64,000 bases of DNA from assembly GCA_016748015.1 (NCBI GenBank), contig JAAOMT010000039.1, positions 15,933 through 79,932 on the forward strand. Direction: 5' to 3'. The notes under the pieces were generated by a model. It was not told where the DNA came from. It worked only from the letters and a program-made list of their open reading frames with translations, and did no database searches. Positions 1 to 13,909 of this stretch are shown here, in pieces. A program made the translations under genes and the position numbers. Each line of letters opens with the position of its first letter. The stretch's first letter is position 1. The stretch comes from Geosiphon pyriformis uo1. Lineage: Eukaryota; Fungi; Glomeromycota.

Positions 1-1691
1 CCTATTTGTTTCTTCGATTTCGAAGATTTGGTTTTATAAAAGTAAAATTTTACAATTAAGGTGATAATGTATAAGAAAGTCATAATAAACTCTAATAGTT
101 AAAATCTCTTATGGATTTTGAAGGAATTATCTTTAGGTTCAGAGGATACCATTTATATTAAAATCGATAAATATGTAATATGTGCATCAATGTTTTTGAT
201 CCTGTGACTTCATTTATGAAAATATTTTCTCAATATTGAAAGTGTCATCAAAACGGTTTTATATAAAGAGAGCTAAAACCCTTATTTTCTACCAAGCAAG
301 CAGTAAATCGAGCGCCTATTTTGACTTTTTTACTAATGAAAAAACTTTAATTTTTATCGACACCGGAAATTCATTTCCCCAATCTGAATATCTTATTTCT
401 TTATTTTAATTTGCTAGTACTCATCTCCCTTATCTTTTATGAAGTACCACTATCACCATAGAATTTTCCCGTTTCGTATTTAATACTGCCCGAGTTCGAA
501 GAAATGATATTTGGATTCTTCCCAGGCGACAAAAATATCTTAGAGCACCATTTATTTGAGTATCACAACCAGAAAAATATTCAAAGACTTTAACAGTCGG
601 CTCCACTTTGATAGAGTAGAAAATTAGGACCAAAATCAGCTGTTTCTTGATCCCAAAATGTAACGTATATTGATTATGTTGTTATGTTTTTATTGAGACC
701 AAATACGCTAATCCGAAGTCTCCATCGATTGTGGCAAAAGATCAATAATCCACAAAATTCTCTTTTAATTCAAGCTTTTCAAGCATTCTAGGACCAGATA
801 TTGGTTTTATGTTTTCGTTGGAATAGGCTCTAAATGCAAATTGAATGTATAATAATATTTTATTGAAAGTCCTAGTCAAAATATAAATACATATTGTATA
901 TTAACTTACATAGCATTAAAAACAATCCATTCTATTTGAAAAATAGAAATTTGTCAACTTCTAAGGAAATGTTGGATAATTCTTGTTAACAATCATTGAT
1001 CACAACGACCGTTATATACATCCTTATAAAGTGTTATGCATTATCAATATAAAGTTAAATTAAGAAGATTTTATCTTTAAGTGTTATTTAATAAAAATCC
1101 TTGAATTAATGTTCCATTTCACGAAAATAGTTTGCTTTGTTGTTTAGTACGATAATTCACTAAGAGATAGTTAGAGTTAAAAATATCAACGTGATAATTT
1201 CTATTCATATCTCCATTCATATTGAGAAACTGTGGCATTAGGTGTTAACTTGATAAAGGATAATAATAACCATTAACATCACCCACATGCGCACATTCAT
1301 ATGAAAGTATGATTGTTCTATCTGGTTGAACCAATACTTTATCCATACTTGAACAATATCACTCAAAGTCAATTTCGTATACCGTTTGATTCATTGTTGG
1401 CGATATAGAACTCTTGGTATTGGATTAAAATAAGCTAAAAACACCCAAATTATTAAAAGGTAATAATTAAAACAAATGTTTAAAAAAAACTGCTTCATAT
1501 TCATTTTGAATTTTTTTACTATTCTCCCAAAGTTTTTAACCTCTTCAACATTCGGACCTTTCGTAGTGTAGGCGATGCGAGAATGCTAAAAAATGGATAA
1601 ATCACAATTATTAATCAAATAATCAAATAAATGTGTTATAATTAAAGTAATAATAATAAAATACAGTTAATTTAAATATAAATACAAACAT
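1..1691 (-). pseudogene. Degenerate N-terminal part of a Glomeromycotina-type secreted/membrane protein; probably continues past the window edge
   Basis: Minus-strand pieces read YLLVNY..S*NGTLIQ, FATIDGDFGLAYL, SIYVTFW..GPNFLLYQ and C..G..Y.C..ISFL. From memory these resemble motifs of the expanded Glomeromycotina membrane-protein family with long N-terminal ectodomains. There are several in-frame stops and frameshifts. Confidence 0.45.
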
Positions 1692-4159
1692 GAAATTTCC
1701 AAAAATTAATTTATCAAAAATAAATCTCCTAACTATATATACAATACTAGCTATGTGAACCTTCTCTTTTTATAATAATTTTATTCCCTATATCTTATTT
1801 AGGTTCATAAGAAGTGACATTTTATGCAGATATTTTCCCAATTCTTTTGTATTTGCTGTCAAAATATCTATTTTTATTTCTTATTTGTGGAAACTCAATT
1901 AAAAATGTAATATTCAACAAAAATATTTGTTTATCCTATTTCTCTAACCGAGAAACTAATTAAATTCTCTTTTGATTATATGTTCTATTTTCTACATGAA
2001 TTTAGTTACTTATATTATTTACCCATTTCGAAAATTTTTTTAATTCTATGATTAAAAATGTCAAAACAACTTGAAAAAGCAATCCAAACGAAAATAATAA
2101 AGACTTTCATTTCTAATTTTGATTTATCCTAAAAAAAGGTTGTTTCTTTGTCCCTCTGTTTGCATGCCTGAAATCTTCATTACTAAGAGCTTTCCACCAT
2201 CAACCAACCAACGAACCGAACAAATTGACTATTCAAAAAAAACTTGGGCTTGGAAAGATTTATGATCAGATAATCGTTGCCTACACAGATCGGTTATTAA
2301 CAACCAGTTTCGGATATGCTCACTTTATCATAATAAATAGTTTAAAAATTATTGATAGCCATGCAGCTATCATTTTATCAAACAGATAGAAGTAAATCTT
2401 AAAGTCTGTATTCCCAGCTTATTTTATTTCCTTTGACAAAAACCAATAACATCATATGCAATGATCTTACTATCTTATACACATCAACTAAGAAAAAAAG
2501 TGCTAAGAGCATCAGTACAAGCTGAAAATAGTATGATTATAGTTAGGACGAGTATAATTGTCCTATATAGTAAGTAATAAGTTTTTGACTTGAGAATTTT
2601 GAATCTTTCTATTTAATTATTTAATTTTGTAATTTCTCAATATGAATCCTCCAAATTTTTTTTAAATCAACCCTTTCATTAGAAGAATAATTTACAAGTC
2701 TAACCCTATTCGTAACCGACACCAAAAAACTAAAATTAATATGGCCCAATTACAATTTCTTTCTTTAGAAAACCCAACTTCATAAAACTCATTTTCTTGA
2801 GATGGGAGCAAAAACGAGGAAATGAACAGCAAAAGTCTTCATACAAGACAGCACCAAAATCGTAGCTTAATTTGGTGTTTTTTGATTATGATTAATTTTG
2901 AATAATTATTCGAGCTAAAAAATGTGAGTTCATGAAAAAATATGGATAATTAGCAATAGGTTTAAATAAAAATAAAATAGGATTTCATAGTTGATTTGAT
3001 TTCTAAAAAATAATTTAATTGTTTTTTAAAAACAATTTCACATTAAATGGTTAATACATCTAAATATTTTAAGCATGTAATGAAATTAAAAATAAATATC
3101 AAATTGATTTAGTAATTGTCAGAAATATTAATTTATTGATTGAAAAGAATGTGTGTGATTTTGAAAATTTTCTGAATTTAAATTTAATATACAAAGATAA
3201 CATAATATACATAAAAAATATTTTTAATTGAAAGCATTATATTTTTCATTCTTCTCAAATATCTTCTTTAATAAGCAAAAACAAATTAAAGTTTACTAAC
3301 TATACTTCTAAAATAGCAAATTGAAAATTTTATGCACAGTTAATTTATCTCTCAGAAACTGAAGGCTCTTATTCATCAACTTTTGATTCTAAATAAGAGT
3401 ATAGTGTCTTTTTGTTTTTGATTTTTAGTATCACCATTAAAAACAATATAAATATTAATAAAATTTAAAATTTAAAATAAAATTCACCTATATTTGCTAT
3501 TTTGAAATAATTTAAAATATTCACTAGCTGATTGTACTTATTTCGCTAATTTTTGATCTCTTTTACACTCTTTCAACAAAACTCTTGTTTTTATCAATTT
3601 AGCTTGATATTTTCTTCTAGAATGCCCAATTTCAAGTAATATTTTGTAAAATCTTAAGAAAAAGAGTAATAAACTATAAATTCGTGTTTTTGAAATGTTC
3701 TTGAATTTAATGAAATATAAATTTCAAAAATTAAAAACTATTTTCCCTAATCTTACTTATAAATATAATTTTCGAAATATTGAAATTAGGTAGAAGATTA
3801 CAAAAAATAAATTTCAAAAAATAGAATCGTATTAATTTATATTAAAACTATTTTCAAAAAAATTTTCAAAATCCTTTTCATTGATATTTGGCAAACAAAT
3901 TTTTGTATCAATAATATATTTACAGGAAAAATAAGAAACATAAAAAATTATTTGTTTTATTGTATATATTAAGTAACTACCACTTTTGTATAATTGTTTA
4001 TTGTGTAATTTAATTAAAAAACATTGTATTTTGCACTTTAGTTAACATTGTTACAGAAATCACGTTTGTCAAAGATGGATTGCTCACAAATTTACAAAAT
4101 ACATTAAAATAACAGCATTTAAAAATTAAAATACTCAAAAATCTATAAATAACCATTCA

Positions 4160-4690
4160 AGCTTACTAAATAAATCCCAGTACATATTCGTCTTCCAACT
4201 GAAAATCTATAATGATCTCGATTTTGATAGGAACCTTTCGCTGAAATGGCAAAACGTTCTTTTGAGTCCATAAATCGATCTGGATTGAAAATATTGTGGT
4301 TTTCATATCGATTCTTATCCGAGTTCAACGCATAAATATTCATAACACAATGCTTGTATTTTTTGGAATGTGATATCCATATATGTATCATCTTGTTCAA
4401 GATATTTAAAAACAGCTTGGACCTAGAAAAAACAGAAGTATCATTCATTATTTTTGAAAATCACAAAGTTAAGCAATATTAAAAAAATGTTTCAGAACTG
4501 GAGGAGCCCAACGAAGAATTTCTTTAATGAGCGATTGGATATATAGAAGGGAACTAAAGTTGGATGTGATTGGCAAACTTTTATGTCCAACTACTCTCTC
4601 TAATTCCTCATGAGCTTTTTGTTGAAACTCTGGATTATTGGCTAACTGTGCAATAAGTCAATATATATTAGATGCCACAGTTTCCTTTTT
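4160..4690 (-). pseudogene. Cytochrome P450 C-terminal fragment, pseudogenised
   Basis: ETVASNIY*LIAQLANNPEFQQKAHEELERVVG..IKEILRWAPP (ExxR motif), FNPDRF (PERF-like) and FSVGRRICTG (heme Cys motif). Contains a TGA at a position that is usually Trp, plus frame breaks. Confidence 0.9.
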
Positions 4691-5149
4691 TTTTATAAAA
4701 AATAATGGTTATAGCTCAATATTTTTTACAAAAGCAATTAAATTAATATAAGATGTTATTTAAAACATACTTTTCCTGCAAATAAAAAAGTTTCACACAG
4801 ATTAATCAAATAGAAAATTAAAATTCAAATGAACTTTGATAATTTTGGTCGAGCTTTTAAATTTCATTTGATTTTTCAATATGATAAGAATTCAAGAAAT
4901 TTTTTGATTATAAATATGATGTTTCCATTTTTTTAAAAAAAATTGTCACTTTATATAGAATTTATTGTACATATATATAATAAAACTTGAATATTCTATT
5001 TTTTAAAAAGTGCTTCATTAGTTTATATTTTACAATAAAAGTTTAAAAGGTATCAAATCATTGCCTCAATATTGGCTTGATATCAATATATGATAAACAG
5101 ATTTTTTAAAAAATTCAAAATGAAACTATTTATTTCTGTAATTATCTTT

Positions 5150-5560
5150 GAAGTCTCGTGCAATTACCGGTTTCACTTAGTATCGTCATAATCCTAAAGG
5201 GAAAAAAAGGAATAGGTTTGTTATTTAAGCAGAAAACTAAAATACATTTAGTAGCAATTATATGATTAATATAAATCTTGTTATATCAAATCAATAATCC
5301 CAAAATTCTTAAAATTAAAAAACTAAAATCTTTTATTACAAATCAATTATTCAGTTGCTGCTTACGTGATAGAGTTAAGGCAAGTTGGATCATTAGTTGT
5401 TTTGACAATATTTTGGACAAAACTTGGTTGACTAGTTGACTTGGTAAGTTTACTACTTTCTGCCAAAAATTTTTTTTGGGTAAAACTTGATTTAATAGCT
5501 GGCTTGGCAAGTTTGCTGGTTTCTCGAGCAGTTGCTGAATTATTTTGCAGGTGAGTTGAA
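5150..5560 (-). repeat. Degraded gene-like fragment; 5152-5375 is homologous to 16468-16730
   Basis: Shared blocks such as gtc(t/c)cgtgcaatta and ataaatcttgttatatcaaatcaataat. An internal ~60-bp imperfect repeat lies near 5410-5520. Confidence 0.6.
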
Positions 5561-7644
5561 ACGTTTTTTGTTAATTTTTGATCTAATTAAAAGATTTATA
5601 TTAATAACGTTATTTAAATAATCCGCTTTATTCATAGGATTCGTTTATATAGCTAAGCACATAAAATTTAAATATTTTCAATTAGATAGTATTTATTTAA
5701 AATACTATTTAGAATACCTGTGAAACATGGCAATGGATTTAACGAATTGAAAATCGAAAGAATTATAAAAGAAAAAAATTATCAAAAGATGCATCAAAAT
5801 CTTTAGACTTTTATTTATAAAAAATTTATTTTGAATCATTTTTAATCAAATTTTTGAAATTGCAAGTAAGTTTCTAGTTGAAGCTCTTTAAAAGCTTTTT
5901 TGATATTTAATTAGAATAAACGTTTAAGCAAGAGTGTTTTTTTTTTCAATTTTAAAGCTCTGTTTATATATGTGATTCCACCAAATATCTTTATTTTTTT
6001 ACTCTATTTCTTTGAAACTTATTTTAATCAAAATTTACTATTTCGAGCATAGGTTGAGATCGAAAATTGTGTTTAACAAGGGAACTAACATTGGTCTATT
6101 TACAAAATTATCACTTGGGCAAAATTAAAAAGTTGGTAATTGCTGTATATCAAAATTTAGAACAAAATCACATAGCATTATCTTCCCTTAATATAAACTG
6201 CCAGTTTTACTTTTCTAGTTCTACTAAACATTTAGTTTTTCATTAATATCCTAAATTTTCCACATAAAAATTCTTAAATGACGACGAGATTAAATACATT
6301 GCTCTTTTTACATGGTTCAATTATCAATAGTTTACAGACAGGTGGCACAAAATTTCAAAGATTTTCTCAAGATGGTAAAAAATTTCAAAGATTACAGTAA
6401 TATTAACAACCTTAAAATTATGCCTACGTGGTCACTTTTAATAAAAAGAGATTTGACTTTGTTTAATTTATTATTTAGTTAAAGAGCGACTTGAAGATTC
6501 GAAATGTATAACCTTATGGGTCGTTAAAAAGATCTTGCTAAAAACGAATGCTATACGGGGACGCATTATTGGACGGGGGCTACTTGTGTTAAAAATTGTC
6601 CTAAAATTATTATAATTAACCAAAAAATACTGATTATTTAAAAAGAAATAAATGATAGCTGTTGAAAATCTATGATTGATAAATGTTTTCAACGTCAAAT
6701 TATTCAGGAAATCAAAAATTTGATTCACCAAACTGAAAGCCACGACTTGGAGGAGGCAGTCTTTACTGGACGGAATACTAATCAATTAGAGACAACTCTT
6801 CAATTTATTAACTCGATGGTGAAATGGGTTAAAGAAGGTATAAAAAGAAAGGATTATGCCATCCATTGGTTTATGTTTTTTTATTTATTTAGTAATAAAG
6901 TTATAACGAAAAAAGTTACTTTTATTATGTATATATTGGGTAAAAAGAATTGTCATCTTTTTTATCTTGAAAAAATTAATGATAGACATTATTAAATATT
7001 GCAATCTGAATCGGGAAAAATTATGACTAGGAAAAAAAGCAAATTGAAATATCTGTATATAAATATTGGTTTTTTTTTTCCAGGTAAAAAATTTTATATT
7101 TGAGATTATCTATCAAATTATGCAATTTACAGACTACATTACTAAAGAACTTTTTTTTTAAAAATGGTTAATTTGTAAAAACTGTAATTTATAAATTTAT
7201 AACTGATTATAAATTTATAAATGATTATAAAATTACATATAAAATACAAGAAATATTAGGAATATCTGTGTCAAGGTAAACACTAGTCTTGATTAGCACA
7301 ATAAATGATTTAGGCATATCATAATTTATCATAACAAATAACAGTTTTGTTCCTGATCAGCCAAAAATCCAAGCATGCAAATGATAAAAATGAGTTTTTC
7401 TTATGTTTTCACAATATTTAGTTGATTTGTTTATAATTTGAATTTATTCTAGTACCGATGTATTTAACCTGCCATTAAAAACCTGAAAAGTTTAGAGATA
7501 TCGTTCAAGACAATTTTAATGATGCTTTTGGTTACAGCAAAAAAAATATTTTTTCTAATCCCTAGACATGAAGTGCAAAAAAATAGTCCACTTTTAGATT
7601 TAAAAAATTTCTTAAGGTTTTCTCAAAATGTTAATACAACTAAT

Positions 7645-9326
7645 ATGAAAATTGCTTTACAAAATAGTTTAAAATCTATTTTTAATATTTTTCTCTTTGT
7701 TATTATAGCGATATCATTATTTTTTTTTATAAAGATAATTTTCATCGAATATTTTCTAAATACTAGTTCAAGTGATCTTCAAAGTAAATCGACTTTAATA
7801 GAACGTCGGGTCAAGAAGCTAAATGGAAAATATACTTCAAAAAAACACAATTTCTCTGAAAATAATTTATTTCCCCAATTCTTTGAAAATGACACTCCCA
7901 GTTCTTTAAATAATAGTATTTTCTTAAACTATACAATTTTTAAAACTCTTAACTTTTATGATCGCTTTTCAAAACTCAAAAGAAGAGACTTTTTGAATAA
8001 CCGAGACTTCACATCCTCTCCAGAAATTTCAGGCTCTTCTCTAAACTCACTTCAGTTATCGGTAGGGCCAGGTGCAAACAGACGATTAATGGATGACAGA
8101 GTTATTGGGGATCAAAAAATGATTGAAAATTTTGCCCAATTCGCATTTTATGCGCAAGAAGCATATTGTTTGGATGAGAATAATGGAAAATATGGTCCTG
8201 GTTTTTGGGGTGAGTATTTCGTGAAAATTTTGAGAAAGTGTTTTTTAGAAATCTGAAATAGTAAAGTACAAAAGAAAGGTTCTTTCATTTTAGATATCAA
8301 TTGCAGCTGACTTTTTCATCATTTAAAAAATATCATTTTTATTGATTTCATTTCTCTCACTTCAATTACCTAACTCCTCACCAGCCTACGCATTTCAACC
8401 AGATAAACGTTATTCAAATTTATCCATCCAATCGAAACAAAAAAATACAAAAGTAATAGTCTACTTTCGTGGAAACCCCATCGATCCAGAAAACTTGGTT
8501 TTTCGACAAAATGCTTTTGCTAGTTATCCTGGCGTTTCTGGCTCTTTTGTTGATATTGAATTGTATACAAAATTTCAAAATGGAAGTCCGGAATTGATAG
8601 AAAGGATTGAAGCGTTAGTACCTGTTAATATTGATAATAAGTGTAGTATTTTTCTAACAGGGCATGGAGAGGGTGGTGGTAGGTTAATAGAAAATTTTAA
8701 TTCTTAATTTTTTCATCAATCCATTGAAGAAAATTACTCCACAACTAAATCAAATTTTAATCTCAGCATTCGCAGTATTCACTGCACTAAAACTTCATGA
8801 TACTCGACTCAAACGCTGTTCAATATTCACGTACACCTATGGAATGCCACGATTTGGTAGCTCAATTTTCGCGTCTCATATAATCGCCACCTTAACTCAA
8901 ATTTTCCGTATAACATATAGCAATGATAATATACCCAGGCTCCAAATAGCTTCTAATGATCCACTTGATACTTTTGAACATCCCCCGACTGAGTATTGGA
9001 TTAGTGATGGCTCTAATTGTCAGTGTAGAAATACTCCTACTCCAGAGTACCCTTTAAATCCTTATTACGTCTATGAATGTCCCCCAATTAGGTTTGGTCA
9101 TTATGAAAACCCGGTTGGTATATATTTTTTTAATGAAAATAAATTTATGGCAAAAAATTTAAAGTTTTATTCTAAAAATTAATTTTTAATTTTTAATTTT
9201 TAATTTTTTCATAAGGATTGTAATTTAGGAGAAGAGTGGCTCGATGATTCAATCGTTGCTCCATCACATAATGGACCTTATTTCGGATACTTAATGGGTG
9301 TATGTCCAAAACCCATATTTGGATAA
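7645..9326 (+). CDS. Class-3 lipase-like protein with N-terminal signal/anchor and a non-canonical nucleophile elbow (GHGEGG); 4 exons
   Basis: Exons ~7645-8209, 8385-8678, 8767-9113 and ~9216-9326 with GT-AG introns; the first two junctions are checked in frame. Motifs: AQEAYC, VIVYFRG, FLTGHGEGGAFA, YTYGMPRFG, RITYSNDNIPRL, FEHPPTEYW, HNGPYFG. Confidence 0.9.
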
Positions 9327-11029
9327 TTATTTTTGAGGAATTCTATATTTTGTAATTCATTTTTGTGAAATAATAAAGAATATTTAATTTATTTAAATGA
9401 ATTTTCATTTTTAGACTTGAATTTGGTTTTAGATATTTATTAAAATCTTTCTGACATTCTTATTTATATGATCATTTGTTTCGGAGAACTTTCAAAGATA
9501 ATTTTCAAAATTTTCAAAATCAAAACTAATCAATATGAAAACCTTCTTTTAATTTATAATATCACAATTCGAAAGATTTTAACGATGGAGATAGAATTTG
9601 AATTTTTTTTACGAAAACTGTTAATTTGAGTTTGTTTAATTTCTACTTGATCTAATTTTGCTCTTGTCAACATAAAAGCCGTTAGAATTTAAAATTCAAA
9701 TTTTTTTTTTTCAATTAAGATGTGGTAATAAATTTTTTTCTAATTCAAAATAATGAATTTTGAGATATAATTTATAAAAAAGTTTTTGTATGTGATCAGT
9801 TATTTAATAAAATAAAATAAAATAAAATTATATATTTTAAAACTATATTAAGTTCTTTTTAGTGTGATCTTTTCTTTTAACTCAATTACTAGAAAGTTAT
9901 GAGCAAAATATGGTACTATTGCTGCTAAAATTTGTGAAAGAACATGAAAAGTTTAGTTTTTATAATATATTATCGCTTGGCATTATATGAAGATTTAACA
10001 TAAAGAAATAAATCTTATCTTTAATAGAAACAATATTTTAACTCCCTAATTACCAAGTTTGAATTTAAGTTTGAGCAGCTCTAGATGAAAGGAATAATTT
10101 TGGTTTGGTAATCAAATGAACTTCAAGAAAAGACAGGATTATTAGATATCCGAATTTCAAATTTTTTTATACCAAATTTCAAAAGCACGAAGGAGTCGTC
10201 TGACAATTTAATTAAGTGGAACTTGATTTATCTAATTTTTTTATTGATCATGAGATTGGCACTGGTAAATAAAAGTTTTAAATTTTAAATTCAAATGAAA
10301 AAATGTGCAATTTGCTTTTGTTAAATAAATTTTTTAATGGAAATTTGATTTTAAATTAGTATACACAACTTTATCGGGAAATCATTGTAAATATGGTACC
10401 CTCTAGAGTTAAAATCGTATATATTTAAGATGTCGACATAAATTTGTCTGCCTATTGTATAACACATTCAAGCAATTTTTGTTTCCAAGATCATTATATA
10501 GATATTTATCTTTCACATGAATTATAATTTCTAAAATAAATTCAGTCTAACTAGTCTATTCTAGGTCTAATACTTTTACACATATATTTAAAAATTTATT
10601 ATATGATTCATATTTTATAAATTACTGTTTTCATACTGCTTTTAAGTATATTATATTGTCAATTTTATCAAAGAGATCTCTCAAAATTAAATTTAATTGT
10701 TTATTTTTTTCAATTTTAAAGGTGTAACATAATTTGAAATTTTAAATAAGATGTCAAAATAATTATAATTTTGCTTTTTTCTTTATAAAAGCTTTTATAA
10801 TACTCAAAATTAATATGATTTTTTTTAATGCTTAATTAAGAAATATTATATATTTTTAAAAAGTGGTATTTGTAATATTCTTGTAATTTTTAATTGTAAC
10901 ACTCTAAAAATAATTTGTAACAATAAGTTTAAACAATATAATTTATTGTAATGTTATCAACCTTTTTTAAAAGATTGGTTTTAATTAAACTTAACAATTT
11001 AATTCTGTGACTTATTTTATGAAACACAG

Positions 11030-11482
11030 TAATTGACAAAAATTTCTGGATTTTTTATGTTCATAAGCCTGCATAATTTTACAAATTTTAGCTTCATTTG
11101 AATAAAGTTTAAGGTTTTTAATTGTTTTAACTTGCTTGATTGGTCAGCTAACTCTTCAGATCTCGATCTAATTGAAAATTTGTGGGCTATTTTGAAACAG
11201 AGGTATAAAAAAGATTTAATATTTTGGATAAGTAATCATCATTAAATTGTAATTGATTTCAATCAATAATTAAAAAGATTGGAAGAGTTTAGATTTGAAT
11301 ATATTTTTATTTAGAGAATAACATTAAAGATCAATTAAAAGCTATTGAAAAATATGAACAAAAGATAGATTATTCGTTTTTTTATTGTTAGCTTTATATT
11401 AAATTTACGCTTGTTTAAATAAAATTTTATATGTTTTAACTTTGTGCATAAAAAAAATTAGGAAACTTTTGTCCACCACTTT
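11030..11482 (+). mobile_element. Tc1/mariner relic (3' part)
   Basis: WSANSSDLDLIENLWAILKQ is a degenerate SPDLNPIENLW. A right-TIR-like ggaaacttttgtccaccact sits at ~11461-11480. Confidence 0.7.
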
Positions 11483-12039
11483 AGGTATTCAAACCTCTCA
11501 TTGAAAAAAACATAAATTTTAATTTAAAATCAAAATTTTACAATAATTGATATATGCTGCAAATGTTCAAATTCTGAATTCTAAATATTTTCATACAAAA
11601 TTTTAACTTAACTAATGAATATTTTTATTGAAATTTTTCTACTGCTTAAATTGATGATTTATAAATAAATATTCATAAATTTTGTTATTATCTAATTTAA
11701 TATGTATTAAGCTTTTATTTCTTAAATATTGACTACTTGAATTTCTTAAATGGTTAACACTTATAAATTGTTAAATATAGTTATAAACGCGTGATATTAA
11801 TAACAATAGCGTTATATAAGAAATTTTGAGCTTTTTTAAGATCAAAATCAAAAATTTTTTTGTACATTACTTATCATAACTAATTATTCAAATAATAATA
11901 TTAAGAATGAATTTTAAAATTCTTTGGCTTAAATATTATAAAATATTCCCTTATTTTCTGATGAAACAGAATTTCTACTATTTCCAAATGCAATTAAATA
12001 TTGGTATAAAAGAAAAATGGCCAGTTTCGCCAAGACAAA

Positions 12040-12365
12040 AGATAATCTAAAGTTTTTTTCATGGGGGTTTTTTATGTCAGAAAAAGCTAGCTTATTTTGT
12101 TTTCGATGTATCATAGATGTTTAGTTTTATATAAAAATTTTGCAACAGCATGTTGGAAATACTTGGAAAGAAAATCCTAAGCATACAAGTCGAGTATCTC
12201 TAACGTTTCTTGCGGAAAATGTACTCGAAGTTATTGAGTAACTGCCACGCAGTTTGGATCTAAATCATATTGAAAATCTGTGGGGAATCATTAAGTGTAA
12301 AAGAGAAAAACGAATGCCACAAAAATAAATGATTCGGAATAATATATGGTTGAAGAATGAAAATG
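12040..12365 (+). mobile_element. Tc1/mariner transposase relic; same family as 62690-62950
   Basis: ENPKHTSR..FLAENV..PRSLDLNHIENLWGIIK..KRMPQ, with stops. Confidence 0.8.
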
Positions 12366-12633
12366 TTGGAATAAATAAAATCAGTTGCTTTTAGCCTTTC
12401 CAACAATATATAATAAGTATTATTGCTTTACTTCAAAAATACAACCTGTTTGATAAAAACAAATTATTATAAAGGTATTTAAGATTAATATTAATGGAAT
12501 AATACAGTTATATAATAATTAATATTTATTTATTGAAAAATAAATATTCATATCAAATCAAAATTATCCCTTAAAAATTGTTACAACTTGCTCTTCTAAT
12601 TTATTTTAAAAATTTACAAATAATGAAGAATAT

Positions 12634-13232
12634 TGTTATGATTGAAACTTACTTTTTAGTTTTTACTTATTTACTTAGCCATATTTAGTCACATGTATTA
12701 GCCACTGATGTCATTAGGTAGCCACCCTATTTTTAGATGTGATCACTTACTTGATCCCTTTTCGAGAGTATATAAGTGAGACTTCCCAAAGCCGTAGAAA
12801 AACATTCACACTCAGATCAAAATCATTCAAAGCAAAGATCAATACAACGATGTCAACTCTTTTATTTCTTTTTCACTATTTTTTTTCCCTTTTCTTTTCT
12901 TGATTTGTATAATTGTTAAGTTTTTGTGAAGTATATTGAATAAACATTTACTGAAAAGTACAACTGATACCTGATATTGAATTCTAAGCGTACTGATGTG
13001 AGGCATAGAATTATACCAGTGTGTTATCTTTTGTTGACAGTACAGACTATCCCTCTACCTTCAGATTCCTTTGTTACCTTTTAAAAAGAATAGCAACTGA
13101 GAATGATTTCGCACCTTGAATCCTTACTAATTCAATTTGCTCATTAAAGTTGAATTGCTCTTTGATTATTTTATTGCCATACAATAATACTCTCCCTTGC
13201 TATCTGTTAGCATGTTAAATCTGACCATAACA
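12634..13232 (+). mobile_element. Solo LTR (599 bp), probably Ty3/Gypsy-type
   Basis: Termini TGTTATG...CATAACA (TG..CA, 7-bp inverted repeat) with a 4-bp TSD ATAT on both sides (12630-12633 and 13233-13236). Internal TATATAAG at ~12770 and AATAAA at ~12939; higher GC than the flanks. Confidence 0.8.
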
Positions 13233-13909
13233 ATATAGTGAATATGTTCTAAAATTTTGTCCATTATAGCATAAAATTGTATAACATATGTTGTCTAATT
13301 TATAGATGGTAAATTACCCACAAAATTATTATGCCTTAAATGATTTTTTGAACCTAATTTTTTTCTTTACAAATAATTCATTTTTTTAGAAAAAATTAAA
13401 TATTCCATTTATAGTATAGGTAATCTGTTATATACTCATAAAATAATATAATTATAAATGATAATGCTTTTAATTTTACATTTTAATCAATACCAACTTA
13501 GAAAAAATATTAAGCCATTTAATACAAAAAAACTATCTATATAAATTAATTCAATATTTTATTCCTTAATTATTACAAATAAATAATTACACCTTTCCAA
13601 AAGTAACACCTGATTTTTGTTATAAAAATCTAGACTTCAACGATTATTCGTTAATAAAATACTTTTATGTAATTAATACTTTTTTTACAAGTTCAAAGAA
13701 AATGTCATTTAAAAAAGCTTCATAGAGTAACACTCAGTCAGAATATATTAACGCTTAAAATAAATGAAATAAAATTGCATATCCAATTCGATCTCTTTAT
13801 TGTGCTTAGAGCAATAAGCTATAGAAGACTCTTAGTACAAATTCCCAAATAGGAGCGCTATTTGATACAAACTAAAAACATAGATGATTGGATTATATGA
13901 TACGAAGTT

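Noticed and set aside
6280-6995. Possible gene fragment (ORF 6672-6995 and upstream piece)
   Set aside because: Coding-like but unassignable, and no consistent gene model could be built.
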